This document shows positions 42,047 through 51,767 of a stretch of DNA of 64,000 bases, piece by piece. Under the pieces are notes generated by a model that saw nothing but the letters and a program-made list of their open reading frames with translations, had not been told where the DNA came from and did no database searches. Source of the DNA: Schizochytrium sp. TIO01 (Eukaryota > Protista > Bigyra: Labyrinthulomycetes). A program made the position numbers and the translations under genes. The stretch is from NCBI GenBank assembly GCA_004764695.1, contig SMSO01000033.1, positions 620,001 through 684,000 of the forward strand. Direction: 5' to 3'. The stretch's first letter is position 1. Every line of letters begins with the position of its first letter.

Positions 42047-43642
42047 TCACTCCTTTGATTCCTTGTACTCATTGTATGCATGGTTGGAAAGTGCAAATGT
42101 CTCCTCCTCATCTTCGATTTCGTCGCGAAGCTTCACTATATTTGAGCGATCGCTACCCATGAACGAGTTTCGAAATGAAGAGTTAGCTTGCACAGCGTCA
42201 TTCTCGCCATTGCCAAGGCGTAACGCAGCCGACGGCTCGTCTTGGTTAAGTTTTTTGTAGCGAACAAGTTCACGAAGCATAAAGTCGAGAATCTGTTTTG
42301 CACCATGTTCGCCTTTTAGATGTTCTGGATCCACACCCATTTCGCGGACAACGCCAAGAATTTCGCCACTCTCGCGGACAAAGTATTCAAGATCGTCATC
42401 GTCGCATTTGTTGGTCAGCTGCGCCAGTCGGAGGCGCTCTGATGCAAAGTGTTCGTCTAGATCAAATTGGTCAAGTGCTGGCGGGGGCGGCTCACGCATG
42501 GCTGGGACAAATACCGCAGGAACTAAAGGCGGTAACGGTGCCTCGAACTGAGGCGGAATTAGCGTCAATGGCTCGTGCTTTACACCCAACGTCTTGTACA
42601 AATTCACAGCTTCAGGAATAAGATGGGTATCAAATTTAAAGACATCATCTGTGAAGAGCTCCGTGAAGTCTTGAGGCAACGGATCACCCTCTTGCAGGCA
42701 AGACCGCAGCCGCTCAGCGAGTGCTTCAGTGTTTGGAATATGGTGATAGTCGCTGACATCAGGATCCTCGGCATCCGCATGGTCCCAAACAACGCCACTC
42801 TCACCAAGTAACCATTTGCACATCACATCAAAAATTTTCTCGTTTTCTTCTGAGTTGATCCAATCATCCGAAAACATTTCTACCGAGCCAACAACACCAA
42901 TGCGGCCAGCATCCTTTTTCTCCCACGTTGGTGAACCACTGGTTTGAGCACATGCAACAATTGGTCGGTTCAATGGATACGAGATGTGACCTGAAGAGAG
43001 CAAGGCAACCGCAGGTTTTTGAACATTGAGCGTGCTGCCGTATGGGTAAACAAACTCAAGTCCGCCATTGTCCTTGGTGTTTTCGTCTCGTTTCTTCATT
43101 TTCATAGCAGATTGTTTCGCGCGACGTTTCTCTGATTTTCCGCCCTCACGTTTACTAAAAGACTTGGTCCCCTCAATCATGCCACGGTTCAACACACCAT
43201 TCCCAATGAAAACCTCCTTTGGGTGAAGATATTTATAATATACAGTGCGCGCAACACTGTCGTTGTTAAATGAGATACCAAATTCCTCAAGCAGAAAGTT
43301 TATATTGGTTGAGTATTTCTCCTCTCCACCCTCACCAAGCATGAACAGAGCAGAACCACCTGCCTCAAGGTACTCCTTCATAATCTTAAATTCTGCAGCA
43401 GAGAACTTCTCGCGAGGACCACCAAAAATTACAAGAGAAGCCTCGTTCAAACGCTCCCGTGTCAAGGGGTCTTTGTTCACTTCCACCTTGAAGTTATTCC
43501 GCAGCCTTCGATGCAGGCGCTTAAAGCCATTGTTGCCATGGTGAGTCTCACGCTTTGATGCATCAAGAAGAATAAGTTTTGAACTCGCTCCCCCAACAGG
43601 AGCTCCTGCCGCTGCTGCAGGTGTCAATGCTGAAGAACTCAT
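42047..43642 (-). CDS. IFT52: Intraflagellar transport protein 52
   Basis: GIFT domain (GPREKF...GGE...TNINFLLEEFGI, VARTVYYKYLHPKE, FVYPYGSTLNVQKPA, YPLNRP), VKHEPLTLIPPQFEAPLPPL, PPPALDQFDLDEHFASE, RLAQLTNKC, KKLNQ. ATG at 43642. Confidence 0.97.
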   Translation of the reverse strand: MSSSALTPAAAAGAPVGGASSKLILLDASKRETHHGNNGFKRLHRRLRNNFKVEVNKDPLTRERLNEASLVIFGGPREKFSAAEFKIMKEYLEAGGSALFMLGEGGEEKYSTNINFLLEEFGISFNNDSVARTVYYKYLHPKEVFIGNGVLNRGMIEGTKSFSKREGGKSEKRRAKQSAMKMKKRDENTKDNGGLEFVYPYGSTLNVQKPAVALLSSGHISYPLNRPIVACAQTSGSPTWEKKDAGRIGVVGSVEMFSDDWINSEENEKIFDVMCKWLLGESGVVWDHADAEDPDVSDYHHIPNTEALAERLRSCLQEGDPLPQDFTELFTDDVFKFDTHLIPEAVNLYKTLGVKHEPLTLIPPQFEAPLPPLVPAVFVPAMREPPPPALDQFDLDEHFASERLRLAQLTNKCDDDDLEYFVRESGEILGVVREMGVDPEHLKGEHGAKQILDFMLRELVRYKKLNQDEPSAALRLGNGENDAVQANSSFRNSFMGSDRSNIVKLRDEIEDEEETFALSNHAYNEYKESKE

Positions 43643-44568
43643 TGCAACGATTGTCAACAAGCCGTGCTTCTCGACTTGATTGTTTCCCTTGCCTCACAAA
43701 TGGGCACTGGCAAGTTGACGAGCTGGAAAACCCTGAATGCACGAAGCGTAAATAGCTAAGACAATATCAAGCGCTGGAAAGAGACGCAGCACAGCTTCTG
43801 CTGTACCACGACTTCAGCACTCAAGGTCTCCCGCTCAAACGGTTGTATACCCACGTTTGCAGAAACACCAGCTTGCTATTATACAAGCTTTGAAAGCTCT
43901 TTCGTACTGATATATATGCTCCTGCTTTCCAGCACCTGTTATTAATTCATTCGTAAAATATACGGGTATCAATTCATTCAGACACTGACTGGGCTCGTAA
44001 CGGTAAACCCGGTTATGAGTTCTATGTTAGCTTAGCTGCTGGATTAGAAATGGTAAAGTTTTATGTTTTATGTAACTTAAAGGTTACGTATTTTGCGGTT
44101 ATCATTCCCAGGAATCCGTTCTCAAGAGTTTTTGCGAACGAGTGCGCCAATATGTGTAGAACGGTGGATATATAAAGGCTCTATCATAGTGGATAGGTAC
44201 AACTCGATTAAAATGAAAATATATAAGCTTGGCTTCGAAAAAGACTTTACAATTGCTTGCAAGCAAGACCTTTAGCTCTTTGTTGCTTTGGTTTGAGCGC
44301 GAGAGTGCTCTACAAATGCACGTTGCCTGAATGAGCCAGTACGGCAATAATAAGACATAAACGGGCAGCCCCTAGCGCCGAAAGTAGTGCACATTATTTT
44401 CATCAGGTAATAGTCAGTAGTGCTAGAGTTTTGTTGCTGAAGGTGCCGAGGAACACAGACGATACAGATACAGTGTATTCAAAGCATCCTTCAAAGACTC
44501 CACATTATCAGCACTGATTGATCTCAAAGTTGGCAAATATCAACTGCAATAGTACTGAAAACACGACA

Positions 44569-47500
44569 ATGATTCCTGTGACAGGAGTGAGATCTCCGTT
44601 AGGAGGGCTTCGAAAGCAGGATCTATGGTGCGTTGAAAACAATGATCAGCTGGAAGCACGCCTTCAGAAAATAGCAAGAAGGCGAGCTCGACTTCAGATG
44701 GAAATTTCAGGAGCTTATGGTAATCATCAAACAGTAAACAGTAGTTTTTTGCCCTCGGCTAAGCCAAAACCAAAAATATCGCCCAGGCAGTATGTACCAA
44801 GGAAGATTGAGCTGTCAGATGCAGATCGCCTGCGCATTATTTGTGAAGAACACGGCCGAGTGCTGCGACGCGGAGGTGATCTTGGCAGCCTCCTCTCAAC
44901 TAAGGATATTTTAGTTGACCCAAGAGTGTCCAAGGGAAACCGTACGGTTGCCTCACCGACAGCACACATGTCACACGGATCCAAGGGAAATAATCAATTT
45001 GAAGCTGATCACACAACTACACACATTCCACAAAACAGTTTTATTTCTCCCTTTCTTCAGGCTGAGGTAGCACTTACAGAGTATCAGCGTAAAACATGTG
45101 CGCTTTCTCAGCCAAACGAGATTCTGACAAGTGGAGCTATTAACGTACTCGGTGAACTCAGTGAACATGTTAGCTCCCCTCTGCGAGAGCTATTACAAGA
45201 CCTTCACGAACAACTACTACAAGTAATTTATGCAGATGACATGAGTACTCCACATTTTACCTGTGTAAAGACTCTTCGAGACGAAGTTAAAAACCTTCGG
45301 ATACAACGGGCAAAGTTGATGGAGAAGCAACAGCTTATGAAACAGGAGCATGAACGGCACAAAAATCTTTTTGATGACACATTCCAATTCTGGCAACAAG
45401 GTCTACTGAAGCGTACATTCAATGTTTGGAAACGTGCGGTAGCCATGGGAAAGCAACACATGGGGAAAGTGCAAAATATTTTTGCAAAGTGGTACCAAGG
45501 AGACGATCTTTTACGAATCTATTTTTCTAGGTGGTGTACATATCGCCAAGCTGCTGTTCGCCAGCGCTTGCTCGATGACTTGCAGCGAAATACAGACGAT
45601 CTTGCCTATCATGAGCGTATTGCGGCGGAGCGCGAAAGAATCCTTCGCAAAAAGCGGGAACAAATCGCAAGTCTTGAGGAGGAGTACGAAAAAGAGAAAA
45701 AGGCATGCGAGGAACTACGCGCAGCAGTGGCTTCGGAATCCGAGAATTCATTAGACATCAAGGAGGCCAAAATTACTTTGATGGAAATTAGTCGGAAGCT
45801 TCGTAAACTTTCTGATTCTATTGGAAATGGTGTACTTCGATTCCTAATGAGCACATTGAAACAGTTTTCTGAGGCACCGGATGCACAGTCTGTTATAAAT
45901 GGTATCGACCAAGCCGATGGGGATGAAAAAGTTCTTCTCTCGTGGCTACGCAGAGCATTAGGAGTTTTATATGAATCTGATGAACAGAAACGCATACTCT
46001 TGACCAATGCGCATTCGGTTACTGAGTTAGCACATTTAGGCCTTTGTCTGGATCTTGTTCGATGCATTCCTCAGCGCATTCGTATGGAGGCGTCAGACGC
46101 TGTTTCTGGAGACCAAGTGTCAGAATATGCAGATCTAGATTCTTACAACATGGAGCAAGTAGAAATTGTCACAGTGCTTATGCAGGTTGAACACATGTGC
46201 CGAAAGGATGTAAGAAGCGGAACCATGATGCGAAGAGGTTCGAGGCTGAGTCTAAGCCGTGGATCGACATTGCGCGGGAAAGAGCTTCTTGAACTCAATG
46301 AAGCACAGAGCAGGCTAAGTTTACCGGGAGCATTTCTTCTGCAAAAACAGCCATCAGCTTCAAATGAACTAGGAACCTTCAATCGCCGCATGAGTTCAAG
46401 ACGTTCTCTACTTGAGAGACAAAACAGTATGCTTCTTCACACAGAAGTTGATGGACAGTCCCAAAATAGCACTGCATTAAGTCGTGCCGCCCATACTTCT
46501 CCAGCTAATAACTTTGTTGATGAATCTCTGCCTATTGTTGCAATGACAGAAATTCTAGAAGCAGTTGAGGCAGATAGTGAAGAGGACTCTACATTTTTGT
46601 CTGCATTTCTTTCGCAGTTTATGCTCTATGCACCCTTACTTCCGTCCATAATTCCAAGCGAAGACGAAACATTTCAGAGCATAGCGCACCTGCGCAATGA
46701 ATTCCAACGAGTGCTAGATCAAGCAATGGGGGCAGGATTACCAAAATCAGATGGCACAGGTTTGCGACAGCCCCCCCCCATGCTTTCGCGAAGCCAGACC
46801 ATACATTCTCGCTCCTTTATAGGTGACGCAATAGAGACAGAGAGCAATTTCGAGATGAACCAGGCTGAAGTGGACTTTCTCCTGAATGATCCTGATAATC
46901 TAATCGATAGCGTAGAGCATACGAAACGTAAATGGAGAGAAACTTTGCACGACTACTTTCATCGCATTGGAAAGCTTCAAACAGAGCAAACATGGCCTGT
47001 TGCAGCATTAAAAACTGAGGATGAGCTATGGACTCGGCTTTTGAATTTAGTGTCTGAGCAAATCAATGTGCAGCTCAGTGCTGCAAGCAGGGCAAAGGAA
47101 AGCGGGGGATCAGGAGACGGACGCAGTCGGCGAAGCATGCGCTCTTCTCATGGAAGCTTTGTACGTAAACATGGTGTTATTATTATTGGCAATCAGGAAC
47201 TCTCGGACTGTGTTGAAGAAACAATGATAGACCATGGAATAAATCTTCCCGATTTGCCTCAGATATTTCTGGAGTACGGGAAGCTGCTTAGTATTGCTCT
47301 AGACCGCTACGAATCGCCCGTTGACATCATCAAGGAGGCAAAACTTGTGGACTTGAACAAATTGTTCACGAAAAAATACAAGGTTAAATTAACTGCGTTA
47401 TGTGCTTCTGAAGGGAAATCTCATTTGCAACTTCTCATGCAGGGAATCTTTTTTGTGGCAGATTGGCAATTTGATTTGGCGATCGAGGAGAACGCATCTT

Positions 47501-47916
47501 TGTCTTTTGAGGAAGTCGTTGTGCAACGTGTATTGGAACCTATCAAGGAATGTTCCCAAGTTACTTCTGGGGATCTTGCCATGTATAATCTTGAGAACCA
47601 CTCCCAGATTCGCCACCTCTTTCACAAGATCAGAAATAAGAGTTCACCTATTGACCAAGTTTCCTTAGGAAACTGGAAACAAATTCTTGAGACTAATCGT
47701 TGGCTTCAAGACAAGGGCAGTGTGACAAAGCAGCTCATGAATGATATATTCCATGCATGTAACAGTGCTGGTGAAGACTGTGAAAAGGGCGCCCAAGGGC
47801 TGAGCCTGACCGAATTCAAGAAAGCAATTATACTCTTAGTGCAAGCATGCTTTCCTAGTCCCTTCAAGACAGACAAGGAAAAACTCATTGAGTTCATTTC
47901 ACAACTTAAGAAATAA
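44569..47916 (+). CDS. Large hypothetical coiled-coil protein, possibly cilium/centriole-associated
   Basis: ~1115-aa ORF from ATG 44569. Coiled coils, two Sfi1-like motifs (LLKRTFNVWKR, LLRIYFSRWCTY) and an EF-hand-like C-terminal helical region (GLSLTEFKKAI). Confidence 0.75.
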   Translation: MIPVTGVRSPLGGLRKQDLWCVENNDQLEARLQKIARRRARLQMEISGAYGNHQTVNSSFLPSAKPKPKISPRQYVPRKIELSDADRLRIICEEHGRVLRRGGDLGSLLSTKDILVDPRVSKGNRTVASPTAHMSHGSKGNNQFEADHTTTHIPQNSFISPFLQAEVALTEYQRKTCALSQPNEILTSGAINVLGELSEHVSSPLRELLQDLHEQLLQVIYADDMSTPHFTCVKTLRDEVKNLRIQRAKLMEKQQLMKQEHERHKNLFDDTFQFWQQGLLKRTFNVWKRAVAMGKQHMGKVQNIFAKWYQGDDLLRIYFSRWCTYRQAAVRQRLLDDLQRNTDDLAYHERIAAERERILRKKREQIASLEEEYEKEKKACEELRAAVASESENSLDIKEAKITLMEISRKLRKLSDSIGNGVLRFLMSTLKQFSEAPDAQSVINGIDQADGDEKVLLSWLRRALGVLYESDEQKRILLTNAHSVTELAHLGLCLDLVRCIPQRIRMEASDAVSGDQVSEYADLDSYNMEQVEIVTVLMQVEHMCRKDVRSGTMMRRGSRLSLSRGSTLRGKELLELNEAQSRLSLPGAFLLQKQPSASNELGTFNRRMSSRRSLLERQNSMLLHTEVDGQSQNSTALSRAAHTSPANNFVDESLPIVAMTEILEAVEADSEEDSTFLSAFLSQFMLYAPLLPSIIPSEDETFQSIAHLRNEFQRVLDQAMGAGLPKSDGTGLRQPPPMLSRSQTIHSRSFIGDAIETESNFEMNQAEVDFLLNDPDNLIDSVEHTKRKWRETLHDYFHRIGKLQTEQTWPVAALKTEDELWTRLLNLVSEQINVQLSAASRAKESGGSGDGRSRRSMRSSHGSFVRKHGVIIIGNQELSDCVEETMIDHGINLPDLPQIFLEYGKLLSIALDRYESPVDIIKEAKLVDLNKLFTKKYKVKLTALCASEGKSHLQLLMQGIFFVADWQFDLAIEENASLSFEEVVVQRVLEPIKECSQVTSGDLAMYNLENHSQIRHLFHKIRNKSSPIDQVSLGNWKQILETNRWLQDKGSVTKQLMNDIFHACNSAGEDCEKGAQGLSLTEFKKAIILLVQACFPSPFKTDKEKLIEFISQLKK

Positions 47917-48047
47917 CTTTCCCTATTTTGTCATTATACAAAGTTCTATTCTCGTTGATAGAAGTGCAATATTTGACACTCTAGATTACCTAAATCTCCC
48001 AAAAGATGTAAACACAGCAAACATGAGAGAAACAGACAAAACAAATA

Positions 48048-51000
48048 TTACACAGTTTCCTTAACATCTGACGCTATAGAGGCCAGAAAATCTAGTTGCG
48101 AAATAAACAGGAACCACTGCACAAAGAAAAGGTCCCCTGCCATTAACGCTAACATAATATGGCCAGATACAATTAAAAAAAGGCGCAAGCTAACCTCGAG
48201 TCGGTCCTCTCGCAATAACAAAATGCAAAAAGCTAGCATCATAAGCTCTGCGGGGTTCAACACCAGCAAATACGATGGACGAGAGACCCCTTCAAGCACA
48301 AATAAAACAGGAAGTGCAAATTGAAAGGTAGCCGCTTTATTAGTGTCTCCCATGCACAGATATTGCGCTAGAAAGGCGTACCACAGACAAATGTGAGCCC
48401 ACGGAGGCGTGTTGGCAAGTACAGAAGTGACAAAAGGCGAAAAGGCTTGCAAGAAGGCATAGCACAGCAGAACATGAGCCCCCTCGCCATTCTTGAGTAC
48501 TCCCTCAAGAGCCCGCTGGTGAACTCCCCAAACGCAGGCCATGGAAGCTATGGCGACACTGTAGCAGACTTGAAAAAGCCTTGTAAATGTTACGACGAAG
48601 TAATTTCTTGCATCCAAAGTAAGCGCATGCAGCTGTGAAGTTATATCATAAAACCACTGCTGCACTTCAAAAGGCGCATAAGAGGGGTTTGTTTCTGTAG
48701 TAATGTCTGAGGTTTCAATCCGTGATTCCGCCTTCAGGTAGGAACCACCCTTTTTGTCCATGACGTCATTTAGATCAGAATGTGTTCCGCTATTCTGCGA
48801 TTTCGATGGTTGTTGGCTTTGCTGAGCAGCTGAAGTAGTATGATTGGAAGAACGTTTTCGTGTTCTTGATTTGGCGGCACCCTTGGTTTTATTTTTGTTC
48901 ACATTAGATGAAGAAGATAATTGTTGGTCTTTCGGGGCAGGTTCCGTTGCAACTTGTACTGAAGGTAACTTCGCTTGGTTTTTGCTTGTGGAGCGAGCAT
49001 CGTCTATGTCTTGGGTAGTAGAGGTTGGTTTATTGTAGTGGTCAGAAACAACCTTATCATTCTCCTGGCTCGTGTCTGTGCTTGAAAAAGAATTCGTCTT
49101 ATGTCCTGTATGGAGATTCTTCAGTGAATCATTATCAGTCCTTTGTTGCAGTGAATCATTATCGTCCTTTGTTGACTTTGCGCTAGTAGGCGAGGACCTG
49201 TTCATTGCACTGTTATCAGAGGAAATGGTGTTGCGCCGATGTGCTTCGGTATCTTCAGTATCCAAGTTTGATTTTCCCTCATTTTGAGATGCCGATGAAC
49301 TTGTACCAGCAAAAGGCTCAGAAGACGCAGAATCTTCCGCAGTCTCTCCGGAAACTTCCTCGTCATTTGAGTCCAGCACTGCCCACACATTTTCATTTGT
49401 CGAATCTTCGTGTTTGTGCATCTCGCTTGGAGATGAGAAGGTCGATGCGGCATGGTGGCGACCTCGAGGTGAGGGTTCATTTGTAGTCCACAACTTATCA
49501 CGGAGGGAGCGAGGCTCTGAGCCGTGACGCTCCCGGCGCACCGTACGTGTTTGTTTCTTTGCATTCGTGCTGTGGGTTTCCGTCTCTGCATTGGGATTTG
49601 TTTGACGGGGAGACGGTGGCTGGGAGGCATTCCGAGGACTTTCCACTTTGTAAGTGGACGAATACATACTCCCGCGGTGAGATGTTCCTAAAGATTGCAG
49701 GTGTTGTTGCTGATTATGCGAATGTTTCCGGTTACTATTTCGAGAGTGTACTCCAGGCTCAGGTGTTGAACGTCCGCTTGTATTTGCTGACGTGGAGGCA
49801 TACTTGTTGGCAGGCCAAATCGGTTTCCCTGCTTCGTTGCTCCTATGAGAGGTTGCTGGTGAATCAACTTTGCTACTTCGTAATGGATGCTGACGTCGGC
49901 GTTGCATGGTTGACACGGGGGCATTCATGGGAGTAGGGCTTGGTGATTTGATTTGCCAAGCCCTCTTTTCGATAGATTTATTAGTCTCAACTGAGTTCTG
50001 CGAAGCTGTGGGGGACGAAGCTGCAGGCCATTGTGGTACCGAGGTGGGTTCAGGCGTTGTGCTTGGCAAAGGAGGAGTAATTGACGCTGCCTTTGAACTA
50101 GCTGCCCGCCAAGGATATAAAGGGAAATGAGACCTGCCTTGACCACTATCAGGGTTGTTTTCCCCATTATCACAAGGTGAACAAATCTGATTTAACGGTG
50201 GATGTTGTTGCTGTTGGTGAATTGGCTGGAACGAGTAGGGTTGACGCTGCTGGACATCAAAGTGATGCTGTTCAGAACCATATTGTTGTTCTTGGTGCTG
50301 TCGACGATCCATATGTTCAGGCGGCACGCAGGTTGTGTCTACAGATATCTGTAAAGCACCTAGGTTTTGGCTGGTACTTCGAGGAGAAAATATGTTTGAA
50401 GGAAACGCCCCAGAAACGAGATTACGCGCGCTTCGTAAATAATTAGCTGGAGATCTTCGATTAAAAGATGATCTACCATTTCCTTGATTTACAAAAGGAA
50501 CAGTAGTGTTTTGTTCAGGTGGTGTGACGTAGGCAAAGGGCGTTCCAGGCCATGCGGCAGAGCCTGATGCATGCACGCTCGACACATTCTGGTGCATGCT
50601 TACATCGGGGCTATTCACAAATTGGGGCGATTCAGCTCGAGCATAGCCTGGTGGAAAATCCTGTGCAGCAGGTCTGAGCGTCGATTGTGTGGGCGGGTCA
50701 AAGATGTTGTTTGTATGACCTAGCGCTGGTGAGGACGCATTACTGTGGGATGGTACCGATACTTGAAACGGATGCTGGTGCTGAGGATGAGAATGTTGAT
50801 GATGATGGGGTGGCGCAGAGATAGGATCCGACAAAAGCTCCAAGACATTTGAGCTTTGGCGCTCACGAATTTCAGAGCTTAGGTAGTTGCCAAATCCAAC
50901 ATCAAGCAGAGGCTGCTCGTGTTGATGCTGCTGATGCTCCTGCTGTTGATGCTGATGGCTGTGTTGATGGTCAAATACGTTGGATCCGTGTCCGGTAGAG

Positions 51001-51767
51001 TGTATAATTCTAGACGGGCTATGAACAGGCTCGAAGACATCTGACAGATCGAAAAGTCCCGGTCTGGGGTTCGATGCAGGCGTCACGGAGCTTGATGAAA
51101 GGTTATTTTCCACATAGGATACATTCAAGGGAGGTAAGCTAGGGATAGGTCGGTGGTGGCGGTTGCTTTGAGCCGAAGCTGCTGCTGCAGCATCTGAGGG
51201 TAGATTAGGCGGCGGAGAAACTGTCATCATCCTTGGCTGACCCTGCTGTTGCTGATGTAGGCTTTGGTGTGGCAGCATACCTTGCCCTGGAGGAGGTCCC
51301 AGGATTGAGCTTTCTGACATGGCCGGATGCCTGGGTCCCATCCCGCTGTAGTCATCATTAAGATCCTGCGAGGGCGGGGGAGGTAGTCTCAAACTTCCTC
51401 GCCTTGTGGTGGCTGAGAATGCCGAGGCAGCTTTATCCCGTTCCTCGCCATCATTGTTGATATGATTGCTGTTGATATTACCAATATCATTGCCAATGTT
51501 GATGGAGTGATGGTTGTAATTACTGATATTGACAGTCCTGATGTTGTTGTCAAGACCAACGCCATTCTGATTATCATTGATGCTTCCCCTGTTATTGGTG
51601 GGGTTGTCTGCTACCTCGTTGTGCTCGTCGTCGTCGCCGCCAAGGCCACTACTAGTGTCGAGGTCGTCGCCAATAAGGTCATCTGGCAAAAAGTACAGCG
51701 AACTTTCAGGCTGTCCTGCAGAAGGACCACCGTCCTCCGGCAGCATACCGCCCGAAGCGTGCTGCAT
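48048..51767 (-). CDS. Long intrinsically disordered protein with a PAM2-like motif and a C-terminal multi-pass membrane domain
   Basis: ~1050 aa of S/P/Q/H/N-rich sequence containing STLRPAAQDFPP. The last ~180 aa hold several hydrophobic helices (e.g. PPWAHICLWYAFLAQYL). First ATG at 51767. Confidence 0.8.
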   Translation of the reverse strand: MQHASGGMLPEDGGPSAGQPESSLYFLPDDLIGDDLDTSSGLGGDDDEHNEVADNPTNNRGSINDNQNGVGLDNNIRTVNISNYNHHSINIGNDIGNINSNHINNDGEERDKAASAFSATTRRGSLRLPPPPSQDLNDDYSGMGPRHPAMSESSILGPPPGQGMLPHQSLHQQQQGQPRMMTVSPPPNLPSDAAAAASAQSNRHHRPIPSLPPLNVSYVENNLSSSSVTPASNPRPGLFDLSDVFEPVHSPSRIIHSTGHGSNVFDHQHSHQHQQQEHQQHQHEQPLLDVGFGNYLSSEIRERQSSNVLELLSDPISAPPHHHQHSHPQHQHPFQVSVPSHSNASSPALGHTNNIFDPPTQSTLRPAAQDFPPGYARAESPQFVNSPDVSMHQNVSSVHASGSAAWPGTPFAYVTPPEQNTTVPFVNQGNGRSSFNRRSPANYLRSARNLVSGAFPSNIFSPRSTSQNLGALQISVDTTCVPPEHMDRRQHQEQQYGSEQHHFDVQQRQPYSFQPIHQQQQHPPLNQICSPCDNGENNPDSGQGRSHFPLYPWRAASSKAASITPPLPSTTPEPTSVPQWPAASSPTASQNSVETNKSIEKRAWQIKSPSPTPMNAPVSTMQRRRQHPLRSSKVDSPATSHRSNEAGKPIWPANKYASTSANTSGRSTPEPGVHSRNSNRKHSHNQQQHLQSLGTSHRGSMYSSTYKVESPRNASQPPSPRQTNPNAETETHSTNAKKQTRTVRRERHGSEPRSLRDKLWTTNEPSPRGRHHAASTFSSPSEMHKHEDSTNENVWAVLDSNDEEVSGETAEDSASSEPFAGTSSSASQNEGKSNLDTEDTEAHRRNTISSDNSAMNRSSPTSAKSTKDDNDSLQQRTDNDSLKNLHTGHKTNSFSSTDTSQENDKVVSDHYNKPTSTTQDIDDARSTSKNQAKLPSVQVATEPAPKDQQLSSSSNVNKNKTKGAAKSRTRKRSSNHTTSAAQQSQQPSKSQNSGTHSDLNDVMDKKGGSYLKAESRIETSDITTETNPSYAPFEVQQWFYDITSQLHALTLDARNYFVVTFTRLFQVCYSVAIASMACVWGVHQRALEGVLKNGEGAHVLLCYAFLQAFSPFVTSVLANTPPWAHICLWYAFLAQYLCMGDTNKAATFQFALPVLFVLEGVSRPSYLLVLNPAELMMLAFCILLLREDRLEVSLRLFLIVSGHIMLALMAGDLFFVQWFLFISQLDFLASIASDVKETV

